A stretch of DNA of 59,724 nucleotides, the filler included, from Platydemus manokwari (taxonomy: Eukaryota): NCBI GenBank assembly GCA_037951405.1. It is 6 parts of 6 records of this genome, joined end to end, with 100 filler letters (N's around TTAATTAATTAA, not from the genome) between each part and the next. Parts side by side here need not be neighbours in the genome. Positions count along the whole stretch, not along the records: positions 10,890 to 22,033 come from JBBMOY010879977.1; positions 22,134 to 32,027 come from JBBMOY011191877.1; 4 more parts are not named here. One strand, given 5' to 3'. Both the position numbers and the translations under genes were made by a program. This document shows, one piece after another, positions 13,125 to 26,199 of this stretch (the stretch's first letter is position 1; each line of letters opens with the position of its first letter). Below the pieces are notes generated by a model. It saw only the letters and a program-made list of their open reading frames with translations. It ran no database searches and had not been told where the DNA came from.

Positions 13125-13875
13125 CCGTAATCACCCAAGTATAATGCTCCATTTTCGTCTCAAATTTCAACATTAAAATGGGGGGAGTATTATTCTTGAG
13201 TATGTAAGAAAGATCAATTTATGTAATGATTGTGTAACAAGATAAGTATGTTTATTAACAATTTTTAAACGACAATCATTTTGATCACCCAACAAGCATG
13301 ACTGACACGCAAGAATTTAAAAGAAAGAGATCTTATTATGAAGCTTCCTTCAAGCTTATAGTCATAAAATGTGCAGAAACAAATGGTAACTGGGCTGCTT
13401 CCAGAGAATTTACAATTCCGCAGACAAATGTCAGGTTGTGGAGAAAGCAGAAAGAATGTCTTATTGAGCTGCCAAAAACTAAAAACGCTTGCAGGGACTT
13501 TACAGACAAGTACCCGGACTTGAAAAAGAGCTCGTGGAGTGGGTAACCGACCAGAGATGCAATGGCTACATTGTCACGATACTTCATATCCAGCGAGAGG
13601 CTCTCAAAAGGAAGAGAGATTCAAGTTTCAAGGCTTCTCTAAATTGGGTCCATATGTTCATGAAGAAAAATGGCCTAAGCCTAAGGCAGAAGACAAAAAT
13701 CGCTCAAAAGCTACCTTTAGACCTTGATAACAAAATTATTTCTGATTGAATTGCAGAAAATGAAATTGTCTGAAATGAAATTCTATTCACAAAAAATCTT
13801 AATTTTTTAACAGAAAAATTTGAAAAGTATGGAGAGCATTATACTTGGGTAGGTATTATACTTGGGTGATTACAG
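13125..13875 (+). mobile_element. Internally deleted pogo-family (Tc1/mariner-pogo) DNA transposon
   Basis: TA flanks at 13123-24 and 13876-77. TIRs ccgtaatcacccaagtataat / attatacttgggtgattacag. Frameshifted ORFs 13298-13546 and 13489-13749 encode a Brinker-like HTH (RSYYEASFKL..GNWAASREF..VRLWRKQ) and a CENP-B-type HTH (YPDLEKELVEWV..R..G..V..FKASLNWVHMFMKKNGLSLRQKTKIAQKLP). The DDE domain is absent. Confidence 0.92.
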
Positions 13876-14030
13876 TAATAATCAATTAATAATTCAAGAC
13901 ATAAACATTTCCTTGACCAGTTATAAATATATGCCATTTCTTGATTAAAAAATGAAATAATACCAAATAAAATAAAGAGAATTAAAATAAATTTTTATTT
14001 GTGATGAATTGAAAATAAAATATATCTTCT

Positions 14031-14396
14031 TTAATTGAAAAAGTCATTTCGTCTTTTCTTCATATCAATTCTTCTAGAAGATTCCATCACTCGTCGTTGT
14101 TGATTTCTCAATGATTGATTTTCTTCATCATATTTATGAAATAGTGATGTCATTCTTTGATTTTCTGTTTCAGTTTTAAATGTTTTGTGAAAATTGTGTA
14201 TGCGAGGTGCAATTGATTGTCGAGGTCGATTACGTGATTCAAATATATTCCAATTTTCTATTTGTGACCTAGTAGTGGTCTTTGATTGAGTAGATGCCTG
14301 ATGTGCGATATCTTCAAATTTTTGAACAAAATTTGCAACTTTAGGAAACTTATTATTGATTTGATTGATTTTATTAATTTGATTGTTTTGATTCAT
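14031..14396 (-). CDS. Orphan small-protein family, copy B (intact, intronless, 121 aa)
   Basis: ATG at 14396 (MNQNNQINKINQINNKFPKVANFVQKFED...RRIDMKKRRNDFFN*). The start aligns with the Met of paralog D. Upstream ATTGCGTAAT and a TATA-like element; AATAAA downstream. Confidence 0.7.
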   Translation of the reverse strand: MNQNNQINKINQINNKFPKVANFVQKFEDIAHQASTQSKTTTRSQIENWNIFESRNRPRQSIAPRIHNFHKTFKTETENQRMTSLFHKYDEENQSLRNQQRRVMESSRRIDMKKRRNDFFN

Positions 14397-15140
14397 GACG
14401 TTTGAGAGATAAATTATACTTTCTATATGATTTCTTAAATAGTAATGATTACGCAATAATTGGCTGATTTTTTTAATGAGGAATAGTTTTAAAAAAAATT
14501 GAGGAATTAGTTTTGTAGATTTATCAAATATGATTAATTTTATTAATGGGAGCAAATCATTAATTTAATAACTTTTAGCTTTAAAATTTCAACTGTTATT
14601 TATTACTTTTACGAAATCAGTTTCAAAAATATTATTATTATTATTTATTTTATTTAATTAATTAATATCACTTTAAATATAAGATTGAAATAGAATTTCC
14701 CAATAAAACTAATGATTACTTTCTATATTAACTAATTCTTCATTTTCAAATTCTAAAATTTAAATATTTTAATATCTGAGATATAAATATTTTAAAAGTG
14801 TTTCATTAAATATGTCTTCTGGTATGTTGTAAGGTGATGATAACGAAATGTTTTTGAATAGCTGATACATTGATATAATAACGATTTAGAAACGACTTTT
14901 TCCGTGTTTTGTTTCGTGTTATATCAAACAAGATTAAGATATCTCTCCACAAAAGAAAGATCGTAATACGAGGACTGTATATTGAATACAATTACAATAA
15001 TGATTATTGGAAAAAATAAAATAATCTGCACTTAATTACAACAAAAAGGTGAGTTATGTGAAAAATTATTATTATGTTTTATATATTTAAAATAATAATT
15101 TATATTTTTATGGTATTATTGAAAATATAATTGACCTTTA

Positions 15141-15337
15141 AAATTTTCACAAACACTTTAAAACCGAAACAGAAACTCACAAAATGACATCACTATTTCA
15201 TAAATATGATGAAGAAAATCAGTCATTGAGAAATCAAAACCTTTGAGTAATCGAATCTTTTAAAAGAATTGATATGCAGAAAAAACGGAATGAATTCTTC
15301 AATTACAGATATATTTTATTTTCAATTCATCACAAAT
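15141..15337 (+). pseudogene. Orphan small-protein family, copy C (5'-truncated)
   Basis: FKTETETHKMTSLFHKYDEENQSLRNQNL*VIESFKRIDMQKKRNEFFN. Internal stop and lost terminal stop. Same 3' flank as copies A and B. Confidence 0.75.
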
Positions 15338-16389
15338 AGTTAATACTAATAGGTTTTACAATGGTTTATCATTCATTTATAAATCAGATTTTTACCTAGA
15401 GTTAGGGTAATATGTGATATAATGTAATATAATTGTAAATAATAGTTTAAATTTGGATAAAATTGTTGAGAATATGATTGGCCTTCACGATTTTTAAATT
15501 AAAATGAAGCAATATGTGTTAAACAATTCATCAGATAATACAGTTTCTTTAAACCAACATTGTAAAATGTTAATTAAAGATGTCAAGAAAAATGTTTTCA
15601 TAGAAACGGTAACTTTGTTATGATTAAATCACTACTGATGATGAATAAAATTGGCTTTGCGTAAATTTTATAAAATTTATTTTGAATCCCAAGATAAAGT
15701 AACAGTAGATTCGTTATGATTAAATTACTATTGATAATAAATCTAGTTAAGTTTCATTAAGAAAAAATTTATAATATTTATTTTGATTTTAATGATGTTT
15801 TATGAGAAATTTAACAAAAATATTTACTGTAAATATCAATAACGACTATGAATACAAATTATTTGTGAAATTAGAAAAAAATGAGAATTATATGCGAAAC
15901 GTTTAGTTTTCAAACTTCCGTCACGTCAGCCCACGTAAATATTTCTGCATCGAACCAAACATTTTCTGGCGTTGTTTCGACATATACGTACACATCAACC
16001 AGTTATCCTATTACATCGTCGTATACAAACTGTCCTAATTATTCGGCACACTCTCACACAACGACGAATGACAGATTTACATCATATAAAGCATTGTCTC
16101 GCCCCCCCTTGCATCTGCGTATACATTGGCCAGTTCTGATATTGCAATGTCTTCTAAAGATCACAACATCGGCACGGCACACTTTCACACAATGTCGATT
16201 GTCAAATAAATATTTATATATCAATTAATATTGAGACAGCAATCAAATGATCACAATAATAATCTGCTTATAAACAATTTAAAGTGATGAAAAGTTTAAA
16301 ATAATAATGATCACATCAAGTGAAATAATAATAATGATAATATACCAATGAAAATAATCAAAGCATCAATTAATATTTATAATAAAGGC

Positions 16390-17960
16390 CAAACCATTTG
16401 AATCATCTCTTCTATTTGGTGGTAATTTTAAAATATAAATTAATTTAATCTTTTATTTATATGATTAACTATTGCAAAAATGACCAGCATATTTTACCGA
16501 TTTGATCTTTTAAATCAACAAAATATATTTAGATTTGAATTTGTTTACCCAAACGGTTGTAATTAATTTGTTTTGGTCTATCATTGAGAAATGGCAAACC
16601 AGTATTTTTTAAACTCTTATCCGGAAAATCAGGAAAATTGATGGAAGAAATGTAAATTCGATCTTTTGTAGAATCGGATTCAATTGACGTTCCTGTAGTT
16701 ATTGTTTGAGAATGAAATTTTTGTAAATATAATATTTATTGCGCTTATGATTTTCGTGGAAAGCATTTTAATAGTATGTCAATCGTATACTAAATTCAAT
16801 CCTTTAGTTACCGATCATCAATATTGTATGAGAGAATTGCAGAATGTTTATATTTATTAATTCAAAAAGTCATACAAATATATGACATTGAAACAAGTAT
16901 ATATAAAATAAAACTCATTATTTGGCTATTAATGTGGATTGAAAATTTGTTCCGTTGTAAGAATGGATACATTCTGCAGCTCTAAATTTGCTTATTCACT
17001 CTTTCCACAGGGCCTTGGCTTCAGTTTCTGAAGTGATATGGTTTAATGGATTAACCCATTCATATTTGGAAAAATAAAATCTATTATATCTAGTATAAAC
17101 CAGTTTCTTTGCTTCTTTTCAGAATATGGTCCTATTTTTCGATAGAAACCTCATGAAGTTAATCTTTTCTTCGGGATTCAGTTTATCATCTAAGTTCTGT
17201 TCAATGTTTTTTAATATCTAATTTAATCCACTTTCTCTATTCTCATATACAAGCCAATTGCATTTCCAACGCCGTCCTCGTTAATTTCATCAATCTTCTA
17301 ACCAAAATTTCAATATATAAACGTTCATGGTACCATTCTCAATTTGCTTCAAATTTACAACAATATATCCGTTATTTTATTTTTGCAATTTATAGGTTAT
17401 AATAAAATTTCTTTTTACTATGTTTGTCTTATCTGCTACAAAAAATAATTCATTATCCAATTTAAACTATTTTCGTCAACAACCATCGTTTAAAAAGTAA
17501 TTTATATCTGCTAGAAGCACATCATCAGCTGTTATTAGTCGTAAATTATTCTGGATCTCCGTTTCTACTTCTGTTTGCTTTCTTAAACATCAAACATATT
17601 AAAAACTTTATCTGAGCTTTAGAAAAAACCGGTATTTAATCTCTTTTAAGTTAATGCAATCATTAATACGTACGATGTAATTTCCATTTTTTTTCATATA
17701 AATTATTCTAATAAAACATTCTAAGAATAGTTTTGATACTACATCAAAATATTGAAATAACTCTTCAATGCTAATTAGACCTAATGAATGAATAAACATG
17801 TCTGGAGGTTTAATTATTATCCATTTGCACAATATTTCTGTTAGAAGATCTCGACCTGCTTATTGAATCATCATTTGTCATTAGTATGTTGAAAATTTTT
17901 TTGCTTATTACATCACGTTCAGCTCCCGTCTCAAAGAGAATATTTACATTCTCATATTGA
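16390..17960 (-). mobile_element. Decayed Gypsy element: retropepsin followed by integrase, with no recognisable RT/RNase H between them
   Basis: Protease ENVNILFETGAERDVISKKIF (~17890-17955). Integrase GPYS..FILDIID..KYEWVNPLNHITSETEAKALWKE*ISKFRAAECIHSYNGTNFQS (~16935-17135). A KWFG/GPY-like tail near 16390. Confidence 0.7.
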
Positions 17961-19116
17961 ACCTTGCAATCGGTTTATTTTTTACTTTTCTGGTCTTCTG
18001 TTCGTTATAACCGTATTTCCTTTTGTTAGTATTCCTCTTGAATTAGTTCTGGTTTCACTTGAATATATTGCGCCCTGACTAATTTTATTTTCAGTCATCT
18101 TTATACAACATATTACAATTTTTCTCGGAAAGCGTATCTATGTTTGAGATATTTCCCCTATAATGCGATGATTCATTTCATAATTAGAACTCGTATTGTG
18201 ATATGCTTATCAAATATTCAAATTTTTTAATTTGTTGAGAAATTTTTCTCATTTTCAAATACTGAATTTGAGGTTGTTATAAACTCTTATGTTATATAAA
18301 TTTTGTTTTAATTCTTAATTTTAATAATTCTTAATAAAATTAACAATTCACCGTACTAGTGAACGCACCCACATTCAATGATATAACATATTATCGTGAG
18401 AAAGATTTAAATTATATGAAGTTATAATTACAATAATTAAATAATAGTTAACCACTAATTAAAATTTAATATATTAAAATAAAACTTTTTTTATAAAGCA
18501 ACTGCTTCAATATTTAACATTTTGTACTGCTTCTTCAAATATTTTGCCATTGAGTTCTTCTATATACAATTTACTATTGCCACCTTTTTCAGACACCACT
18601 AAAAAACTCTACTTATGTATTTGAGTGCGTTATAGGGCAATGTAATGACAACGTGGCTCTGAGTAATTTAATCATGTTCATGTTAGAATTTTTGAGGTCA
18701 TTTTTTGAAATTGGATTCCTTTTGTGAATCTAATAATGTCATCTTATATTTGATGATTTTGAAAAAAGCTTTTAAATCTTAATTGTTATAGATATGACAT
18801 TCGCTCATTATCTTAATTTGTTCTAATAAATTGATTAAACAAGAACATCTTGGAAATTACAACACGAACACAACAAATAATAATCATAACTTATGATTCA
18901 ACAATCATACTGTACATAATCATCGGCAATTTCAATAATAATAATTCCAATGAGAGATATCTAGTAATTATTAAAAATTCATTATAGTAATTACATATTA
19001 TTTTACTTCAATTAAGTGTAGAGACGATATTAATTTGTTTTATTAAAATATTAAAAACAAAATTTTTAATTTAAAATGTGTTTCTATTTCTGTTAAATTT
19101 AAAATTGAAATGAGAT

Positions 19117-19491
19117 TCAATTGAAGAATTCATTTCGTTTCTTCTGAACATCAATTCTTCTTGAAGATTCCATTAATTGTCTTTGTTGATCGCTCAATGA
19201 TTGATTTTCGTCATCGAATTTATGGAATAGCGATGTCATTCTTTGAATGTCTTTTTCGGATTCAGAGGTTTTGTGAAAATTGTGAATGCAAGGAGCCATT
19301 GATCGTCGAGATCGATTTCGTTATCCAAAAACATTGTTATTTTCATTATATGACCTGGTATTGACTTTTGAGTCAATATAAGCCAGATAAGCAAAATTAT
19401 TAAATTTTTGAACTAAATTTGATACATTTGGAATCTTATTGTTGTTGTCATTGATTTGTTTGATTTTATTGATTTTATTGCTTCGATTCAT
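19117..19491 (-). pseudogene. Orphan small-protein family, copy D (diverged; one in-frame stop)
   Basis: ORFs 19321-19548 and 19117-19299 are in one frame. TAA at 19321-23 replaces the TCA (Ser) of copy B. Upstream TATAAAA and ATTGCATAAT. Confidence 0.75.
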
Positions 19492-20379
19492 ATTTATTGA
19501 CTGATAAAATGTAATTTGAATCAAGTTTTTATAATGAAAGTAAGGCAAGAATTATGCAATCAATGAAACCGCAAAAAATATATTTGCGGATATCATTGTC
19601 AATATTTATGAGGTAAACATGAATTTTATTTGTCTGGGTTCTCTTCGTTTGGTTTTTTTACAGTTATTAATAATATTTATATGGAGTAATGAAACCTTTT
19701 CTTTGTCAATAAATAATACCTTTCAAATCATTTTATCATACATAAATATTGATTTTGTTGGCAATGTGATTAATAAGATTTTTTTTACAGAAAATAGTTA
19801 TTTTTTTCTAAAATATGAATTATGAGTAATACAACGCAGAAACTGAATTTAATTATGGCAATTTATGTTATTGATGAAATCACGACTTAAGTATTTGATT
19901 TGTAAGTGAAAATAAGTAGCTAAATTGAAATATGTTCAGACATGTTTGTTCACTTAATTGATAACATCCAATAGAAATAAATAAATGCTGTATGCTGTTA
20001 GAAAAAAACTCAGTCGATTATTCGTAAACTTCAGTGGTATTAAGGATCAATAAATGAGCACAGACCCTACAATGAGCAAAGACTCCAGCAAAAAATATGT
20101 ATAATTTAAAAAGACTAATTTTTGATTAAAAAAGTTTGCAAAAGTAAAGAGAATGGATAAAATTCATTGATTATATTAATTTAGATTTATTGATTATCCG
20201 ATATTTTTTACATTCGTTTAGTTATCATTGACAAAATCGGTTCAGATTATTGTTCTCTGAGCTCCACGTGTTTTTGAAACATTTTTAAATGTATTATATC
20301 ATGTCTTATATGCACTGCAAATTCATTTATTGTGTCTACACAATTGAATCACTTAATAAACCACAATTGGTTAGACTAA

Positions 20380-20880
20380 TAATGATAAAAGATGTGAAAC
20401 TGACCTGAAACTGAACATACTGTTTAAACATTCTCTATTTGATGCCTATGAATAAACTACACAATACACAAAAACTACTTCTCGAAAATTCTACTTCTAA
20501 AAGACTTTTACTTCGTGCAAAATAGAACCAGAAGCAATTTATAGAGTCATTTGAATAAAGGACCTAAATGTTTCAGGAAAAAAACAAGATCAACTATAAA
20601 TAAATTCTACATGCAGAACTAGACAAAAATCATAAACAAGATTTTCACAAATGACCTAATAAATAACTAAGAAATACTTGAGAAATTAAAAACATATGCA
20701 ACAGTTATGATACCGAAACCAATGAAAGAAGACCACCATCATGAAGTCAGCGTCTGGTGAACTATTTCTGTGCGTGACTCAAGCTATAAAATTTTCACAA
20801 CTATTTTGTCAGAGCAACGGAAAAATTGGATTGATGAAAACAACTTTAAACATCTATTCCAAAAAAGCCTAAATCCAAAT
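20380..20880 (+). mobile_element. Decayed non-LTR retrotransposon RT fragment (domains 0-2)
   Basis: ATVMIPKP...VW*TISV..SSYKIFTTILSE...WIDENN..FQKS matches the LIPK..WRPIS..YK.F..IL..QKGF signature. Confidence 0.75.
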
Positions 20881-21449
20881 ATTATATATAAAGCTCATAA
20901 ATAATTTTATATTTCCATATAATTTTTGTTTAATTTATAGTAATGGTTTTGGTTTCCTTCTTTAATAATTTAGTGTTCAAAAGTTTTCAGATTTTTTTTA
21001 AAATGAGCGTATAAGCTCTTATTCTTATCACAACACTTCTATATGACTATCTTAGTTTTTAAATTTAAATCTTTAAAAAATAAATCGAGTTAGTTATTGT
21101 AAAAATTAAATATATATATCTCAATTTGCTTCTTATGTAAAAAAATGAGGTTCTCCCTAATGTTGAATAAATTGCAATTCGACCTCATTTGATCGTTTAT
21201 TAAATAACCAAATTTTAGGAGATTTTGAAGCTCCAGTTTGTTTAATATTTGATTTCAAATCACTAAAATTCCTGAAAGAAAAATTCAAAATAATTTAAAT
21301 GTACATAATTAAGTGAACTATTTAGAATTTTTTAAACAAATTTTAATTCCAGAAAGTAGTTACAAGATTTTTTAAAATACAAATTTGGATTGTTCTGCTA
21401 AGATTGATTTTGACCTGCAAGGCTTGGATTTGTGACGTCATCGGCGTAG

Positions 21450-22033
21450 TTATTGGATAAAACCGATCAAAGTCAAGTGGAAATGACAAATTTTCGCTGA
21501 ATGGTCAATATTTGAAATTGCGCATCGTTTGACCAGGTTTCTGATTTTATTCTTTGGCACGCCAATCTTCGCCAAAATGGCTTCTGTTGAGACTGGAACT
21601 GTACTGAGTGAGTCAATAATACAAGTAAGAAGCTCAATATTGAAATCTGGTTTCAATTGAGCAAGCTCATTTCTAAAATTGGTATAGTGCATAATATTAT
21701 TTTTGTCTGACCGCTCAAAGTTTAGAAATGTATCCATGGGAAATTTCATGTTTACATCGGCCACCATTAAATCGATACGCTCTCTTCTATCTGCTATTAG
21801 GGAACACATTTGGTTGACAACCACAATAAGTCCTTTAGATCTAAGACATTCAACAATTTGACTTAAACATGTATCATAACGAGCAGTGTGTAACTTTTTG
21901 TTTGGGTTGCAACACTGTAGGACATGTGACATGGTTTCAGGAAAACTGTGGCAACGTCTGCACTTTTGGCTTTCTTCATTTGTCTTCCAAGGCGATGCAT
22001 TAATTGCTAGAGTATTTGTTCTAGCTCGATGAA
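21450..22033 (-). mobile_element. 3' end of an RLE-type (NeSL/R2-like) non-LTR retrotransposon: CCHC knuckle + restriction-like endonuclease
   Basis: FIHRARTNTL..CRRC...ETMSHVLQCC..ARYD..RERIDLMV..IIDSLST. The frame is open up to the spacer. Confidence 0.85.
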
Positions 22034-22133
22034 NNNNNNNNNNNNNNNNNNNNNNNNNNNNNNNNNNNNNNNNNNNNTTAATTAATTAANNNNNNNNNNN
22101 NNNNNNNNNNNNNNNNNNNNNNNNNNNNNNNNN
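22034..22133. other. Artificial contig spacer
   Basis: 44N-TTAATTAATTAA-44N. Confidence 0.97.
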
Positions 22134-22849
22134 ATGAACTGAAAAGTCAAGACACCAAAAATCTATTTAAATACAAATATTTAAAGAAAAAAATTTAATT
22201 TTATATAAATTTGATTTTATATAAAATAGAAATAAATTTGTATTCAATTTGTTTTAAAATTTAATTCTTTTAAAATATCTCACAATTTTAAAATCTATTA
22301 TATAATAATTGATAATCTTTTTGATAAAGAATAATTAATAATAATCTAAAGTACGTTTAGTTTATTATGTTTTTTTTGCAATAAATAAATTTAGTATTAT
22401 ATTGTCTTCTATTTATCCAGCATAATTCATTTATCAATATGAAAAAAAGGGGTAAACATTTTTGTGAGAACCACTGCCGTGTAAGTTTGATAAAAAATTT
22501 CAAATGTGATAAATAAAACTCACGAGAAAATAAACAAATGATGCGAATGCGAGTGAAATGAAATTGCAAATGAAAGTTAGAATAATGTGGGATATTGAAA
22601 ATTAAAGTGTTTTGTTTGATAGAATAATTGTAACATGAAAAAATATTTTCCGTATTTCAAAAATAGAACATCTATTTGTTTTACAAGACTAACATATTGC
22701 TGACTTAAAATTATACTTCGTGTGGACAATAGTTCATATAGGAGTATTAACCACTCAATCTTTTAAAATGTACACACTTTCGATATTATCAAAACGTGAT
22801 AAAAATGAAATGAAATTTTGAACTACAGTTTATTTAAAACAGCTTTAAC

Positions 22850-23460
22850 AAATAACTTTCAACTTAATTTTACATGCAAGTCAATTGAATTTGTTGTGAG
22901 CTTTTAGGAATATTCTCTTGATAATAATATGTAACAATAGAATGGACCCTTTATATAATGCATACAGCTAGAAATGATGAAATAATATTTTGATTGTTTT
23001 GCATAGTAGTAGTTGCAACAAAATGTTATGTAGAATATTTCAGTAAATAATTTTCTGCTATCCAAACACGCAAAAAACGAAATGTTGAATGTGTTGAGCT
23101 AGACAAATGTCATTCAATTTTATTATGAATGCAAGTCGATTGTTTGTATTTTAATGGTGTTTAAATATTCTCAAGACAATTACATTCATTGAACATTTAG
23201 AAATTTCATTCAACTGACAAATATTTATTGTATTTAGAACGATATTTAATAAAATGTCTTAACACGAACCAATTTGTAGAATAACTTTTTTTTACTTTAC
23301 TGTAAGATATGACCAAATGAAAAAAAAATTCCGATATTGATTTCGAAAATAAAATTATTTCACTAAAAGGCTTCTCAATTTTATTTTGAATGTAAGCTAA
23401 TTGTATTGATTTTGAATGAACTTTTATGTTATGGGAATATTCTTTTGGTAATCATTATTG
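22850..23460 (+). repeat. Dispersed repeat, copy 1 (diverged direct copy at ~30805-31310)
   Basis: Shared blocks aaataactttc..tgcaagtcaattgaa..ggaatattct, aatgttgaatg and atgaatgcaagtc. Confidence 0.75.
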
Positions 23461-24446
23461 TTTTACTATTTTAACAATTGATACACGGGAATAAACCGAT
23501 AAGCAGTCTTCTGTAATTCAAAAAGAAAATTTAATTATAAAGTTTGGTACAAGCTAAGCTATTCATGACGAAAATTGTAGACAGCTAATATAGCACTTCG
23601 ATAAATAGCTTCATTGTAATTAAAAATGAAAGTTGATAAAAATTAATCTAAAAACGAAAAATAGAATTTTTAAATTAATGATAGTCTTATTAGTCTTTTT
23701 TTGAAGAGTAATTTATTCTGAAGGAAATACATTCTAAGTTCTAATACATTGATCTATAAATTTATATTTTTAACAATTATAAAAACATCTTGCTTTTGCT
23801 TTCGAAATATTTCGTATTTAGGTATCGTTCTTATGCATCATTGAATAGAAACGTGTTGTTAAATCAATTATAAAAAGAACTTTCGTTGATAATGAAGAAA
23901 AATAATAATTTTTGTCATTCAATAAATTGAATTTTTATTAAAATGATATAATTTTGACATATAAATTCATAAAGAAGCAATGAAATTTGCATCGAATATT
24001 TTGAATAAATTTCTTCTCTAGACATGCTCGTAGCTCATTTGAACCTCACTGATCGCTCTACATTATGAAATTTTAATACAAGATTTACATAATATAAATC
24101 TCTTCACAACAAAAGAAATAAATTTAAGTTAGATACCGGAAAAGATATAATATCAACATTATATTAATAAAGTAAAAGAAAAATTTATAAACGTTGGTCA
24201 TTATATCACTTTATTAATTAATTTCTTTTATAATTTATATGATTCTTTCAGATCAAAATACAAAACTGAATATGTTATTGAAATATCTTTTATTTTACAT
24301 TATTAAAAGTTAAATCTGAGAAAAAAAATCTATAATTTATTGGTTGGATTCTTAATAAAACTAAAAAAGATTATAAAATATATTATTATTGGTTTGAAAA
24401 AATTATGTTGAATGTGTAGTTATGTGTAATAGCAAATTGCCTAGCA

Positions 24447-25466
24447 TCAATGTGCATCAATTCCACTTTCAATGGCTTTACATTTTAACAATAATAATAA
24501 TAAAATATTGATAAATGATATTTTACATGACATGTACAATTCAGACTATAATTGTTTTCAAACATATCAGGCAATTAGATATTTCTCACTTCTACAGAAA
24601 AAGAGATACATATGGATTTTTCCAAGCACACCATTGCACATTCAATCTTCGATCTAACATTTGATCTTTCAGAAAAACTCTTGTTCGCATAAGTAGTAGG
24701 TGATCCATAGAAACGATCTTAAATAAATATTTAAAACAATTATTTAATATGAACTTGTTGTTACAAATAAAAGAATTTGGTTTGTCAAATTTGTATCCGA
24801 AAATGTCCACTTCACAAAAATTTATTGCTTCATCTTTAAATGGTTTAAAAATGACAAAAGTTCTTGACACCTGAAATATTATTATATTTGATAAACATGT
24901 TAAAATTATCAGATTTAAAAATGATACAAATATTTTGAAAATGTGGTGGTGGACCGCGGTAATATGAAACGTTGTAATACTCTGTAACATTAGTGTCAAA
25001 TAAATTTTGATTATCATAACTTCCATAGAGGGACAGTTTCTCAGTTCGATAACTTGAAACGTTGATTTACAAAATAAAAAAAATCGGAAATCACAAACCG
25101 CAACAATCTAATCTATTGTACAAATCGGCTTTAGTAATAACAGAAAATTGATCTAAAATAATCATCAACCATTTGATGCTATTGACGTGAGGGCTGTGAA
25201 AACAAGAATCTGAGTGATGATCAGTAAAAGTTCATTATTATGAAAATTATTTACTATAGGAAATGTTGCCATTATAATTCCCATCGACAACCTTATGTGA
25301 TGTAAGTAAAGAATAATTTCTTGATTGAAACGTGGTTCTATTTCTAGATAACAGTATATCTGAACGAAATGCAAAATTAAAACAAAATATAAACCAGATA
25401 ACCTTGTTGAGTAATGACCATTGGTTTAAAAGGACAAATTATATCCAATAAGAGAAATCTCTTTAT
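24447..25466 (-). pseudogene. F-type lectin (fucolectin-like) + PAN/apple gene, paralog of 28044-28991; possibly disrupted
   Basis: Spliced exons give LLSRNRTTFQS..HKVVDGNYNG..SCFHS..KWLMIILD..LYNRLDCCGFYR..NFCEVDIFGY..SKIECAMVCLEKSICISFS. Intron positions match the paralog. The expected ATG reads ATA, and one splice phase (~24935) could not be reconciled. The 3' end is uncertain (24575 or 24447). Confidence 0.7.
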
Positions 25467-26199
25467 GCTATTACTATATTATAAGTTTTGCACAATCCTA
25501 TTAGTTAATGCATTTTATTCATTCACTGTATGCATCAATAAAGCAAATGTTAAAAACCGCTAAGTATGCAAGTATGTTGATTTGATTTCAATGCTTAGTA
25601 AATACCTGATGAATTACTGTTATAAGAAAATATATTCAATCATTGAGAGTTTGAAAGTTTTGCGGTTTATAAAATTTAAAAGGATTTACAAAATAAAATA
25701 AATATAATATTTGATGAATTTTAATTTAGAACAATAAATGTCAATAAATATTATTGGTGATAGATAGAGCAAAAAGGAAGTTTAATAAATCCAAATAGGT
25801 TATCCAATACAGAGTATTCAAATTAAATTATAAGATATACAAGTAAAATTTACAACAACAGTGTAAAATATAAAGGAAATTTAGAGTGATAAAAAAATCT
25901 TTTTAAAACAAATTGCCTCATTATGGACATAGAAATTATTAAAAATAAATCAATACAGTTGAAATATTAAGGGTAATTTAGGTCTTTTGATCTTGAGATA
26001 GTTGTAAGCGCGATTTGAAAACTGCTTGTTTGAGAGTCGATCTATTCGATTACCTGTTGTGGAAATTTATATTGAATAACTTTTCTTCGTTATTTAAAAT
26101 TCCATTGTCCATTTACTTGCTTATTGTTTGTCTTGCAATGTTGCTAAATTTGTTTCTTCTTTCTATAAATAAACTAACATTTTAATATATATATATTGA

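Noticed and set aside
19321-19323. Stop-codon reassignment or readthrough in orphan copy D
   Set aside because: TAA terminates intact genes in this window. A single TCA>TAA change explains it.
24447-24520. MSCKISFINILLLLLLKCKA as the signal exon of a separate gene
   Set aside because: Overlaps an (AAT)n tract and the possible last lectin-PAN exon; no downstream exons found.
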